Below are positions 25,436 to 37,129 of a stretch of DNA of 64,000 nt, piece after piece. The notes beneath the pieces are model-generated. The model did not search any database, had not been told where the DNA came from, and was given only the letters and a program-made list of their open reading frames with translations. A program made the position numbers and the translations under genes. Position 1 is the first letter of the stretch. Each line of letters begins with the position of its first letter. This stretch comes from Squalus acanthias (lineage: Eukaryota), in contig CM059432.1 in the NCBI GenBank assembly GCA_030390025.1, positions 88,972,001 through 89,036,000 on the forward strand, given 5' to 3'.

Positions 25436-26328
25436 GGGGGAGAAATTCAGTATCGCCCCGTTTGGGGCGCAATTATCGGCCGGGCGCAAAGATTAGCGCC
25501 TGGCGCTAATTATCGCCACCGACTGCAAACTTGACTTTTATCGCCCCTGGAGGTGATTGGAGCGCTAAATCAGGCGCTTCACACCTGTCTTAAGGCGCAA
25601 AGGCCGAGGAGCGAGGCGCTACCTCAGAGCGCTGGCGAAGCTCATGTAATGTCAGTCAGCAATGGAACACACACACAATGGCACGGGCCAGTTCTTAAAG
25701 GGGATGGTTAATCTTGCTTTCCATCCACATCCTGCTCATTGCAGCCTTGAATCTCGGCCTGGAGAGACCTACACATCAAATCTGCTGGAAAGAACAATGG
25801 AGAGTACCAGGCAAAGAGCTCAGAGTGCAGCCCGCACAGTCTCTTCTAAATCAATACAAGGAATGGCAAATCAAAATGAACCTGCAAAGTGCTGCTCAGT
25901 ACCCAAAACTCCTTCACACAGCGTTGAATCTCTCCAGAAGTCTCTCTCTCTCTCTCTCAGAATGCGTAGTTCAAAAATGGCACCAACAATAAAAGGCAGG
26001 AAGCGGTCACCTTTAAATAGCGCTCCCCCTTTCCCTTCATGACTGGAGAACGCTCCCCTCAACCTGTCGTTGCTAGCGTCAGGCGGTAAGGCAGGGGGCG
26101 CCACTCAATATCCGTTCCGGGGCGATACCGGGGCGTTGCGCACTCGACTGACGTCACGGTCTGCCGGCGCAGGAGATCGTGGCGGTAGTGTTTAGCGCCG
26201 CCACAAAATGTCTAGTTAATTTCGCGAGCGGCGCAAACTTCGCCGCGCCTGGGCGCTAGATGCTTTGCGCCCCATTAGCGCCCTGTTAAGGCGCTAACGG
26301 GAGGCGCAACCAACTGAATTTTTCCCCC
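25436..26328. mobile_element. Harbinger MITE, family C
   Basis: TIRs GGGGGAGAAATTCAGT / ACTGAATTTTTCCCCC, TSD TTT; near-identical inverted copy at 57816-58708. Confidence 0.9.
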
Positions 26329-26617
26329 TTTGTGTCTTCTACTGTGAAGACAGATACAAAATATTTGTTTTACGTTTCTGCCATTTCCTTATTCCCCATA
26401 ATCATTTCTCCTGTCTCAGCCTCTGAGGGACCAACATTTACTTTTGCACTCTCTTCCTTTTTACATACTTGTAGAAGCTCTTACAATCTGCTTTTATATT
26501 TCTTGCTAGTTTTCTCTCATATTCTATTTTTTTCCTTTTTATCAATTTTTTGGTCAACCTTTGCTGGTTTCTGAAACTCTTCCAATTCTCAGGCTTACTA
26601 TTATTCTTTGCAACATT

Positions 26618-27739
26618 TTAAGCTTCTTCTTTCAATCTAATGCTATCCTTAACTTCTTTAGTTAGCCACGGTTGGATCATTTTTCCCATGGAGTTTCTGT
26701 TTCTCAATGGAATGTATTTTTGTTGAGAATTATGAAATATTTCTTTAAATGCTAGCCACTGCTTATTTACCGCCATACCTTTTAATCTATTTTTCCAATC
26801 TACCTTAACCAACTCACCCCTCATACCTCTGTAATTGCCTTTATTTAAGTTTAAGACTCTAGTTTCGGACTTAGGCAAGTCACTCTCAGAATTAACGTGA
26901 AATTCTATCATATTATGATCACTCTGCCCCAGAGGATCCTTTACTATGAGATTGCTAATTAACCCTGTCTCATTACACAGTACAAGATCTAATATAGCCT
27001 GTTCCCTGGTTGGTTCCATGACATATTGTTGTAGGAAACTGTCCCGAATGCATTCCATGAACTCGTCCTCCAGACTACCTTTGCCTATTTGATTTGTCCA
27101 GTCTATATGAAGATTAAAGTCCCCCAAGATTATTGCATTACCTTCGTTGCAAGCTCCTACTATTTCTTGATTAATATTCTGTCCAACGGTACAGCTATTG
27201 TTAGGGGGCCTATATAATACTTCTACCAGTGTTTTCTGCCCCTTGTTATTCCTTATCTCCACCCATACTGATTCTACTTCCTGATCTTCCGAGCCGAGAT
27301 CCTTTCTCGCTATTGTCCTTATGTCATCATTTATTATCAGGGCTACTCCCCCTCCTTTTCCATTCTGCCTGTCTTTTTGAAACATCAAGTACCCTGGAAC
27401 ATTTAGTTCCCAACCTTGGCCACCTTGCAACCATGTCTCTTTCATGGCTATTAGATCAAACCCAATTATCTCTATTTGTGCTACTAGTTCGTCTATCTTG
27501 TTATGAATGCTTCGTGCATTCAGATAAAGTGCCTTTAATTTAAATTTTTTACCATTATTCCCTGCTTTGACCTTATTCTCTGCTGCACTGCTATCATTAA
27601 GCTCTCTGTCCCTTCCTGTCACAATCTGTTTATTTTTACCCAAATCGCTACACTGTTCTATTGCCTTGATTTTTCTCTTTAGATTTCTAAATTTCCCCTC
27701 ACCTGACCCCTCCCCCCCCCCCGCCTTTCTTAGTTTCAA
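26618..27739 (-). pseudogene. CR1 ORF2 apurinic-type endonuclease domain
   Basis: 373-aa ORF with YLNARSI, ETWL, YRPP, GDFN, LDLVL and SDHN motifs. Confidence 0.92.
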
Positions 27740-27762
27740 GCCCTATCTACAGCCCTAGTTAT

Positions 27763-28254
27763 TCAATTCACCAGGACGCTGGCCCCAGCCCGGTTTAACT
27801 GGAGCCCGTCCCGACTGAACAGCTCCCTTTTCGCTGTACTCGTGTCAGTGCCCCATGAATTGGAACCCCTTTTCCCACACCACTCTTTGAGCCACACATT
27901 TAACTCTCTGACCTGCTTGACCCTATGCCAATTTGTGTGTGGCTCAGGTAGTAATCCAGAGATTATTACTCTTGTGGTTCTGCTTATTAATTTAGACCCT
28001 AGCTCCTCAAACTCCCTCAACAGAACCTCATTGTTAGTTCTACCTATGTCGTTGATTCCTACATGGACCACAACAACTGGATTCTTCCCCTCCCACTCCA
28101 TGTTCTTCTCCAGTCGTGAGGAGATATTCTTAACCCTGGCACCGGGCAGGCAACACAGCCTTCGGGACTCTCTTTCACGGCTGCAGAGAACAGAATCTAT
28201 CCCCCTGACTATACTGTCCCCTACTACTATCACATTCCTTCCTTCTCCCCCCAC
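27763..28254 (-). pseudogene. CR1 ORF1 SGNH/GDSL esterase domain
   Basis: VVGDSIVRG, LPGARV and VHVGINDI blocks; DGLQLN where DGLHLN is expected. Confidence 0.88.
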
Positions 28255-28845
28255 TCAGATGGCCCCCTGTACCACAGTACTGTGGTCAGTTTGCCCATCC
28301 TCCCTGCAGTCCTTTTCCTCATCCATACAGATAGAAAGTACCTCGTACCTGTTGGACAAGGTCCAGGACTGAGGCTCCTCTATCACTACATCCTGGGTCC
28401 CCATACCTTCCTGACTCACAGTCACACCCTCCTGTCCCTGACCACTGCCGAACTCTAAAGTACTACTTAACCTAAAGGGTGTGACTGCGTTGTTTGAACC
28501 TGGAACTTCAGTTTCTGAAGTCTGAATGGAGTCAAACTCATGTATGTGTTCATGATCAAGTGGTTCAAGATCACATCTTGGTTCATCTCTAGCAGAGATC
28601 ATTTGATCTACATGAACACTTAGGGTGTTGTCACCAATTTCTACCAAATATCTCCTGGTTCCGCCAACTTCTACTATGGTTCCTATATCCCAATTGTGTG
28701 AACTCGACTTGCCGGGGGGACTGAGAACACGAACACACTCGTTTTGTCTGAAACTGCGTTCTTTCTGATTGCTGTCATAATAACGTTTCTGACTCAACTG
28801 TTTCTGTTCAACTCTTGAGGCCAAATTTGGTTGAACAAGACTCAA

Positions 28846-29703
28846 TCATGTTCTCAATCTCCTCTTCATCAAGACTTCTGCTGGGGTATATCCAGTTGTA
28901 GTGTGTGGAGTAGTTCTGTACTTCAGCAAGAAATTTGCCAAACGTTGCTTCATGCTGAGTCCCGAACAACCCTGCAACACTTGCTTTTTGAGAGCTTCTT
29001 TTACTATTCTGACTGACCTTTCGGCTGCTCCGTTTGAAGCTGGATGATATGGTGGAACGAGAGTGTGTTTGATACCGTTCCATTTCATGAACTCTTGGAA
29101 TATAACAGAACGGAACTGAGGGCCATTGTCAGAAACAAGCTCTTCAGGTAAGCCATGACATGCGAAGATAGACCTCAACTCATCTATGGTACGTTCTGTT
29201 GTAGTATATAAACCTATGTGTTTCACTTCAATCCACTTTGAGTGACTATCTACAAGTACGAGGAAATAATCATTTGCTTTCTCACAGAAGTCTACATGTA
29301 CTCTCTGAAATGGTCTACTTGGCCCTGACCAGAGTTGTAGTGGAGTTTTGGGTGGTTTGTTTCTGCAATTTTGGCAAATGCTGCATTTGCTGACAAGTGA
29401 TTCAAGACCACTGTCAAATCCAGGCCAGTAAACAAAGCTTCTTACAATTGATTTCATACTGACGATCCCTGGATGTTCAGTATGACGTTCAGCCAGAATT
29501 CTAACTTTCAAAGAAGTAGGTACCACCACTCTGTTTCCCCACTTGATACAACCTTGCTCACAAGACAATTCAGTACGACGGTTATAGAATAGTTTCAACT
29601 CTGTGTCCAGACACTGATCAGTCCATCCATTCAAGATGTTTTCATACACTCTTTTCAATACTGAGTCCTGTTGAGTCTCATTTGCAATCTTAGTTGCATT
29701 CAC
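28846..29703 (-). pseudogene. Gypsy integrase (HHCC + DDE)
   Basis: H...H...CSIC zinc motif, VHVDF, VSDNGPQF, SNGAAERSV, YRTTPHTTTG. Confidence 0.92.
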
Positions 29704-29727
29704 GGGAAAGTCTTTGTCAACTGCACC

Positions 29728-30882
29728 ATGTTCTTCTTCTTAGGCAGTCCCTCAGAATCGAGGATGACTTGCTTCCACACTAAAAATGAGTTCTCAGGTG
29801 ACTGATGAGTCCAATGCGGGACCTACAGTCTCTGTCACAGGTGGGGCAGACGGTGGTTGAAGGGGCAGGTGGGTGGGGTGCTTGGGTTGACGTGCGCTCC
29901 TTCCGCTGTTTGTGCTTGGCTTCCACTTGCTCTCGGCGAAGAGGCTCAAGGTGTTTGGCACCTTCCCGGATGCTTCTCCTCCATTTTATGTGGTCTTGGG
30001 CCAGGGATTCCCAGGCGTCGGTGGGGATGTTCCACTTTTTCAAAGAGGCTTTGAGGGTGTCCTTGAAGCATTTCCTCTGCCCACCTGGGGCTCCCTTGCC
30101 GTGTCGGAGCTCCGAGTAGAGCGCTTGTTTTGGGAGTCTCGTATCGGACATGCGGACAATGTGGCCCATCCTTCGGAGCTGATCGAGTGTAGTCAAAGCT
30201 TACGAGAACACTGACGTTGGTGCGCCTATCCTGCCAATGGATTTGCAGGATCTTGCGAAGGCAGCGTTGGTGAGACCTCTCCAGTGCTTTGAGGTGCCTG
30301 CTGTACATGGTCCATGTCTCTGAAGCATACAGGAGGGCGGGTATCACTACTGCTCTGTAGACCATGAGCTTGGTGCTGTGTTTGAGGTCCTGGTTTTCAA
30401 ACACTCTCTTCCTCAGGTGACCGAAGGCTGCACTGGCACACTGAAGGCGGTGTTGGACTTCGTCATCGACGTCTGCCCTTGTTGACAGTAGGCTCCCGAG
30501 GTATGGAAAGTGGTCCACATTGTCCAAGGCCTCGTCGTGGATTTTGATAATCGGGGAGCAGTACTGTGTGGCGGGGGCAGGTTGGTAGAGGACCTTTGTC
30601 TTACGAATGTTTAGTGTAAGGCCCATGCTCTCGTACGCTTCGGTGAAGGTGTTGACGATGGTTTGGAGTTCGACCTCAGAGTGTGCGCAGACGTAAGCAT
30701 CGTCTACATACTGTAATTCGATGACAGAGGATGGGACGACCTTGGATCTGGACGTGACGGAGGTTGAACAGTTTCCCGTTTGTTCTGTAGATTAGCTCCA
30801 CTCCAGCAGGGAGCTTACTGAGAGTGAGATGGAGCATTGCAGCCAGGAAGATCGAGAAGAGCGTTGGTGCGATGACACAGCA
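29728..30882 (-). mobile_element. 5'-truncated RTE-clade LINE inserted in Gypsy pol
   Basis: RTE RT C-terminus (GLTLNIRKTKVL, FPYLGS, LLYASETWT) and terminal C2H2 (CPTCDRDCRSRIGLISHLRTH); (GAA)n tail; 10-bp TSD CAACTGCACC at 29718-29727 and 30883-30892. Confidence 0.93.
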
Positions 30883-33690
30883 CAACTGCACCTAGCATGA
30901 AAATCTCACCTTCACTCCCATTACACAAGTCCTCATGTGGCAACCTGGACAAGGCTTCTGCAATTGCGTTTTGCTTTGATGTGCGATATTCAATCGTGTA
31001 GTCATATTGTGACAACAACACTGCCCAACGTTGCAATCTTGATGCGGCCATTACAGGGATGACAGATTTGGGCCCTAATATTGCTAGGAGCGGCTTGTGA
31101 TCAGTTATCAGGGTAAACTTTCTGCTGATCAGGAACTGTTGGAATTTCTTGATTTCAAAAACTATGGCGAGTGCTTCCTTTTCAATTTGCGCGTAGTTTC
31201 TTTCGCTCTTTGTGAGGGTTCGTGATATGAACGCAATTGGTTTCTCTTGGCCATCATCCATTACATGGCTTATGACAGCTCCCACACCATAGCTAGAAGC
31301 ATCACACGCTAACTTAAGCTCACGCTCTGTGTCGTAGTGCACAAGTAGAACATCGCTAGAGAGACTTCTCTTACAAGCGCCGTAAGCTTCCTGTTGCACT
31401 TTTGTCCACTTCCATTTGACATCCTTCTTGAGTAGCTCGTGCAATGGAGCTAACATGGTCACTCACTCAGGTAAGAAACGTGCGTAGTACTGGACCATTC
31501 CAAAAAAAGATCTTAACTCAAACACGTTCTGTGGCTTTGGAGCAGTGATGACAGCATCAACGTTTTCCTTAACTGGTTGCAAGCCATTTGCATCAACTTT
31601 CAGACCAAGGTACACAACCTTGGGCTGCACAAAAGCACATTTGCTCCTTTAAAATTTGACATTGTGGGAATTCAACCTTTGAAGCACTAAATCTAACACT
31701 TCTAGATTTTCTTCCTTGCTGCTTATTGCGATCAGCACATCGTCTTGATTCCATCAGGAATTTGGAATTCCTTGCAAAATCTTATCCATCGTAGCTTGGA
31801 AGATTTTGGGTGAGGACTTTACACCATACGGCAGCTTGGTGTATGAGTACAGTCCCTTGTGTGTGTTGATAGTGAGATACTGTTAACTCTCTTTGTTAAC
31901 ATTCAGCTGAGCGTAAGCGTGCAACAGGTCAGCTTAGAGAAAACCTTTGACCCAGAGAGTGCTGCATACAAATCTTGTGATGTAGGTAACGGATACTGCT
32001 CATCGTCAACTGCTTGGGTGATAGTAACTTTGTAGTCACCGCACAAGCGTACAGTTTTGTCTGCTTTGGGCGCTACCACAATCTGGGTAGCCCATACACT
32101 TTTGTCTGTTTTTACTAGCACTCCGTTCTCTCTCAGTTTCTCTAGCTCTTCCTCAACCTGACTTTTCAATGCATAGGGGACTGGTCTTGCCTTACAATAG
32201 ACAGGTTTCGAGTTGGACTTGATGTGGATATGCATACCCAGTGATGCCCTCATAACTGTCTGTGAACATGCTTTTATACTTGTTCAGCATTGTGTCGAGT
32301 CACTTCTTTGAAGCATTTACACTGAAGATGTTTTTCAGTCTCGTTTTAACTTTCTCAACCAGGCTTTGCCCATGACGGTTGGCCTGTTGTAGTAGCTCAC
32401 TACAATAATAGGCAGCTTTACTGACTGGCCATTGTGCTGAACTATACATTCCATTTGTCCACATATCTCTAGGATTTCTCCAGGAGTAGGTTTTTAACTC
32501 TACGGTACTCTTTGTAAGTGGTATTTGATTACACTTACTCTCATATGTGTCCTTAATCATGATAGAGCAGTCCACCGCTGTGTCGATACACATATCAATA
32601 TATTGCTCGTTGATCAAAAGTTTTGTACGGCAGTCTTTCTCACGACTGCTTGCTTTGTCACTAATGGCATAGATACTGTAGATGCCAAGTTCTTCAACAT
32701 CAGGTGTGTTCACTTCAATATTGTGAATTCCTCCCTTTTGTTGTCGCTGCTTTGCATTGCCACTAGAATGGTTCTTACTTCCTGCTTTCGATCTAGCTCT
32801 GCAAGCTGTTGAAATATGGCCTTGCTTCTGGCAGTCAAAACACTTCACATTTCTATATTGGCAGGACTGTGGTGAGTGATTTCCATTGCAGCGATATCAA
32901 TTCACTGAACTGCTCTCACCGACATGCTTTTGACCCAGTCTCACATCTTAAGGTTTGACGGTGGTTTTTTGACTATAGACCTCAGCTGCACTAGTCACTT
33001 GAGTTGGACGGAGCACCCTAGCATTTTTAGACGCCATCTCCATAGTTAGGGCAATTTTGCATGCGATGTCAAACATTAGGTTCGGAGTGTTCAGTAACTT
33101 GGGCTCATCCACCAGTCCACACACAAACTTATCTCGCAACGCACGATCCAAAAATGTGCCAAAGTTACAATGCAAAGACAGGTTTTTTAAGAACTACAAC
33201 GTACTCACTGATAGTTTCACTTTCTTTTTGGTTTCTGGTACCAAACTTATAGCTCTCTGCTATTTCTAATCGCTTTGGGTCGAAATGGGCCTCGAGTTTC
33301 TGGACAATATCTTCAAACAACACATCCTTCACTTTCCCTGGTGTGAGTAGGTTTGTCAACGTTCTGTAGACATCTGGCCTGATCTCCGTTAGAAGAATTC
33401 ATTTTTTCCGTTCAAGAATTACTTTATTTTGAGCTTGAACATTCTCATTTGTACCTTCTGTCTCAATAATGTTATGGGCCCTAAAAAAATCTCCATCCGC
33501 TCAATGTAAGAACTGAATGGTTCCCGAGCTCGGTCATACATGACGAGGCTTCCAATGAATCCCATAGGCGCAGCCATAATTGTTCCGATCTCGTCAAACA
33601 GTGACTCAGCACGCTACCTGTGTACCTTAAACTTTTCCACTTGAAGGCTGGACACTGTGTCCTTCCATGATCCCTAAAAATGGCTTTGAG

Positions 33691-33708
33691 ATCCCATTCT
33701 CATCACCA
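33691..33708 (-). promoter_or_regulatory. Primer-binding site, tRNA-Ser(GCT) type
   Basis: Minus strand TGGTGATGAGAATGGGAT, 4 nt after the LTR end; 15/18 match to TGGCGACGAGGATGGGAT (complement of the tRNA-Ser(GCT) 3' end as I recall it), with two CpG-type transitions. Confidence 0.75.
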
Positions 33709-33712
33709 AAAT

Positions 33713-34607
33713 TGTAATATGTGTGGGTAGAACAAATGAAGGACAGAGACACAAAGGGCTGGATTTTGATACTGGGGCGGGTTGGGGTCGTGTCATCCGC
33801 ATTTCGTGTTATCCACCCGACTGCAATTGGATGTGGGAGATTGATGCAATTTTCACCTAATTGGGCAATTGAGTTCCAGCATGTGGAAACCCATGAACCA
33901 ATTAGTGTTTTCAGTCTGAAAGTCACCTGTGATGATGTCATCATTACTGCTGCTGCATTGAAGGTCTTCAGAGACTGCCTGGCCTTTGCTGTGAGTGGAC
34001 CTGGATGCAAAATGAGCAGCAGCTCAGAGAGAGAGAGAGAGAGAGAGAGAATTTATTTGCATCCAGGTCCTCTCACAGCAAAGGCCAGGCAGTCTCTGAA
34101 GACATTCAATGCAGCAGCATCAGAGGCGACTTTCAGACCTAATACTACTACTACCTTCATCACATCTCCGTTGTAATAGTGGACCTGCAGCTGATAGTCA
34201 GCTATCCACTTGTGCTCCCGCCAGGTTTCACTGGCGTGTTTCACATCAGGCGTGCTTCACATCGGAAAAGGGTTAAACTAGCTAAAACGTTTCAAAATGG
34301 CATTACAGAGCCAATTTAGGGCTTGTTAAGGGCTTTAATGGCCTCTCCCGCCTCTTGGAGGTGGGACGGAGTCGGGAACACCGCACACGATTTTATCAAA
34401 ATTGCGTGGAGGTGGAATGGAGGCGGGATCAGGTCCGCCCGCCACTTTCCGCAATTTTAACCCCCCACACGCCTCCAAACCCGCCTCCACGGCCCTATGA
34501 AAATCCAGCCCAATGAGTTGCTAGTCCATGTGCTTGTTTACTAGGCCAGAGTAAACTGAGCATGCTCATACTAAACCATGTGACAAACCATGTGATAGTA
34601 CATTACA
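33713..34607 (-). repeat. Gypsy 5' LTR (~140 bp once the MITE at 33756-34511 is removed)
   Basis: Bounded by TGTAAT...ATTACA and directly adjacent to the PBS. Confidence 0.75.
33756..34511. mobile_element. Harbinger MITE, family B (second copy, inside the LTR)
   Basis: TIRs GGGCTGGATTTT / AAAATCCAGCCC; near-identical to 24687-25432. Confidence 0.9.
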
Positions 34608-35581
34608 GGACCCAACCTATCCATATCAGTAGTCTTGTAAGAGATGGGAAGAGGTTCTGCCCCTTACTGAGCTAAGTAGGAAACCCAGCACATCTGGGTC
34701 CTGGCTGATTTCCCAGCCATTCCATTTGACTCCAACCAGAGTTATAGCTGGATTCTGTCAGACCAGTTGAGAAAATTCAGCTTCCAGTATATTTTCATTA
34801 TTATGAAAAATCAAAACTCATCATTATTTCAGACATCAATATTATGTTGTTCTCAGACTGCTGTCGTGCAAACCTTTAGCATTTCTAGTTTGATTATGGT
34901 ACACAACTCATAACAAAAAGCAAGGATTTAATAACCTCATTGAGCACTGAGGTTTAGTGCATTGTAGGGCTTTAAAGCTAGAATAAGTCAATATTGATCT
35001 ACTTCTATTTTTCTAGCCCGAATCCCATGTTTCCAATTCTGCGTTTGCTTCAAAGTATCACTGATGTTCTTTCCTTCTGTTATAATTTAATTGTCCCTGA
35101 GTTTAAAAAGGCATTGGCCCATAATGTCCTCGGAGCTACTCCTGCTTCAAGGCCATAACATTGCTGGAAGAGCAGCAGAAACCCTGTTTTCGTGCGTAAC
35201 CGGAGTTTCCGCCCCTCTTCTGCCGAAGTTATGGTGGTGGAGTAGGAGAAATGCTGAGGAAATTCACCCCCATTATTTTGGTTGCTGGGATGGTTGAAAA
35301 ATCATGATGCCATTTTAGTAATGATTCTGCAGTTTGCCGTTCCTAAATGGGGGGTATTGCTCGCAGGAAGAGCAGCTTGGGAAAATTGCAGGGGTGCAAT
35401 TGAAGGTTTTACATCCATTAAAATGAATGGGTGGAAAATCATGGGCTGTGCACCTGTCATTTCCCAACATGCACTCTTTGCATGTGTTTCGCCCGCCACC
35501 TGCGTCCCCGCCCCCACCCCCCCCCCCCCCCCGCAACAACCATTTGGGAGCGCCAAATTACGGAATCATCCCTTACAAGGT

Positions 35582-36336
35582 GGGGCAGAAATTAGGCTCG
35601 CTACGGGTGAGTAGGCGCTGTGTACTCACCCGTGGACGGAACGAAAGTGCTGGTATCTTGCATGCACTGCGCATGCGCGGGAAACCGGCACTTCCGTTCC
35701 CCTGAAGGAAGGGGTTCAGAGGTCGAACGCGCACGCCGGAGGGCCAGCGCGTTCGCCTCGCACTTCGGGTTTTTTTACAGGTTCCTCCGTGAGGGTAAGC
35801 ACGGAGAAGATACACATTGAAAAATGAGGCGCAAGGCCTTCTTTTAACAAGCTAAGTGTTGATTTTATTAAAATTTTAACATTTTTTTCACTGATTTATC
35901 TTTTTTAATTACTTTAGTTTATTTTTAACCCTGTTAAAAAGTGTAATTAATTTTTTCAAAAATTTAAATTTTTGTTTAAAATAGTTAATTAATGTAATTT
36001 ATAGTTATTTTAAAAATGTGATGTTTTTAAAAAAATGTATTTGTAGTTTTAGGGATGTTTTGGGGCCGATCTGTATTCATAGATTTGACAGGTCTTCCTG
36101 TCAAATCTATGAATGAAAGATGGTCTGCTGCCATTGGCTCTCCATGGCCCACATGATCCCAGGGGACGCATTGCACTAACTACGCCCCTGGGATACACAA
36201 GCACTGCACGCCGGCAGTTGGAGGAGGCCCAGGAGCCGAATTCCTCGTGGGCCCAGGGGTCAACGGCAGGCGCGGTAGGTAGGTGCGCGCGCGATCCTTG
36301 CACCCGCGGGAAGCCAGAGAGCCGAATTTCTGGCCC
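35582..36336. mobile_element. CpG-rich Harbinger-type MITE with an AT-rich core
   Basis: TIRs GGGGCAGAAATT / AATTTCTGGCCC; GC-rich ends, AT-rich 35820-36050. An older MITE-like block lies at ~35115-35580. Confidence 0.65.
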
Positions 36337-37129
36337 ACTATGTTTGTGGTTCTTTTCTGAAGCTTCAAAAGTCTAGAAATTCCACTGTGTTGTCTCAAAT
36401 AAAAGTCTTCATTGGTGTGAGCTGTGGCTTAAAAACCCTTATATAGCAAGGCTCCAAGCTGCCAAGAGAGACTCGGCAGAGGTAAGCGAAGCTGGTGAAA
36501 TTGGTCACACAGACTCATATGTCAGATTTGCAGTACATGTTTTTCCTGGCAAAGAAAAATGGCAGGCAAAGGGAGGTTTCACCAGTGGCTAACACCAGAC
36601 ACTTTATGATATGGTAATTATATTAGTTAGATTCAAGTCAAGTTTTACATTCTTCAGGCAAGTTCTATCCTGGCATTCGCCTCCCCCATATAAAATTAGT
36701 AAGTGACTAATCAATTAGTCCAGTCTGCTGAAGCTGGATTCTTAAAGCTAAGTTTTTGTAGCAAAAGTTCACACTAAAGTTTCTTTTTTCAACAGGTATT
36801 GATGTTTATTTGCATTTTGCTATCTGCATAATTTATGTTGCTATGGAGGGCACCCTTTTTCCATTAGAGCATTTCTATTACAAATGCATCAACACCTGAG
36901 GTATTGGCCCTGAACTTTTGCAGTGATTCTCCCGATTTTCCGCTGTAGCTTTGGCAGAAGATTGGTGGCACCCCACAGCGTGAACAGATCAGAATGGCTG
37001 TTTATGCTGTTTCTTGGGGGTTCCGCCGGTCTCCTGCTGAAGTTATCGCGGGAGATCAGGAGAAACGCCCACCGGGTTTCCAGACCATGCATTCACATTC
37101 ATCAGTAATTCAGGACTCATATTTATAGC

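Larger units (their letters stand above)
23926..28488 (-). mobile_element. CR1 LINE (part of ORF1, ORF2 endonuclease, part of RT), interrupted by two MITEs at 24687-26328
   Basis: CR1 sequence is contiguous across the MITEs when compared with the uninterrupted copy at ~54600-54680. Confidence 0.95.
28489..34607 (-). mobile_element. Decayed Ty3/Gypsy LTR retrotransposon (Mag/K02A2.6-like); 3' end and 3' LTR missing
   Basis: Gag with CCHC knuckle (CFDCQKQGHISTAC), protease (CIDTA), RT (VRLCGDYK, YPLP), RNase H (LACDASSYG, EKEALAI, TDHKPL) and integrase in Gypsy order; many frameshifts. Confidence 0.93.
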
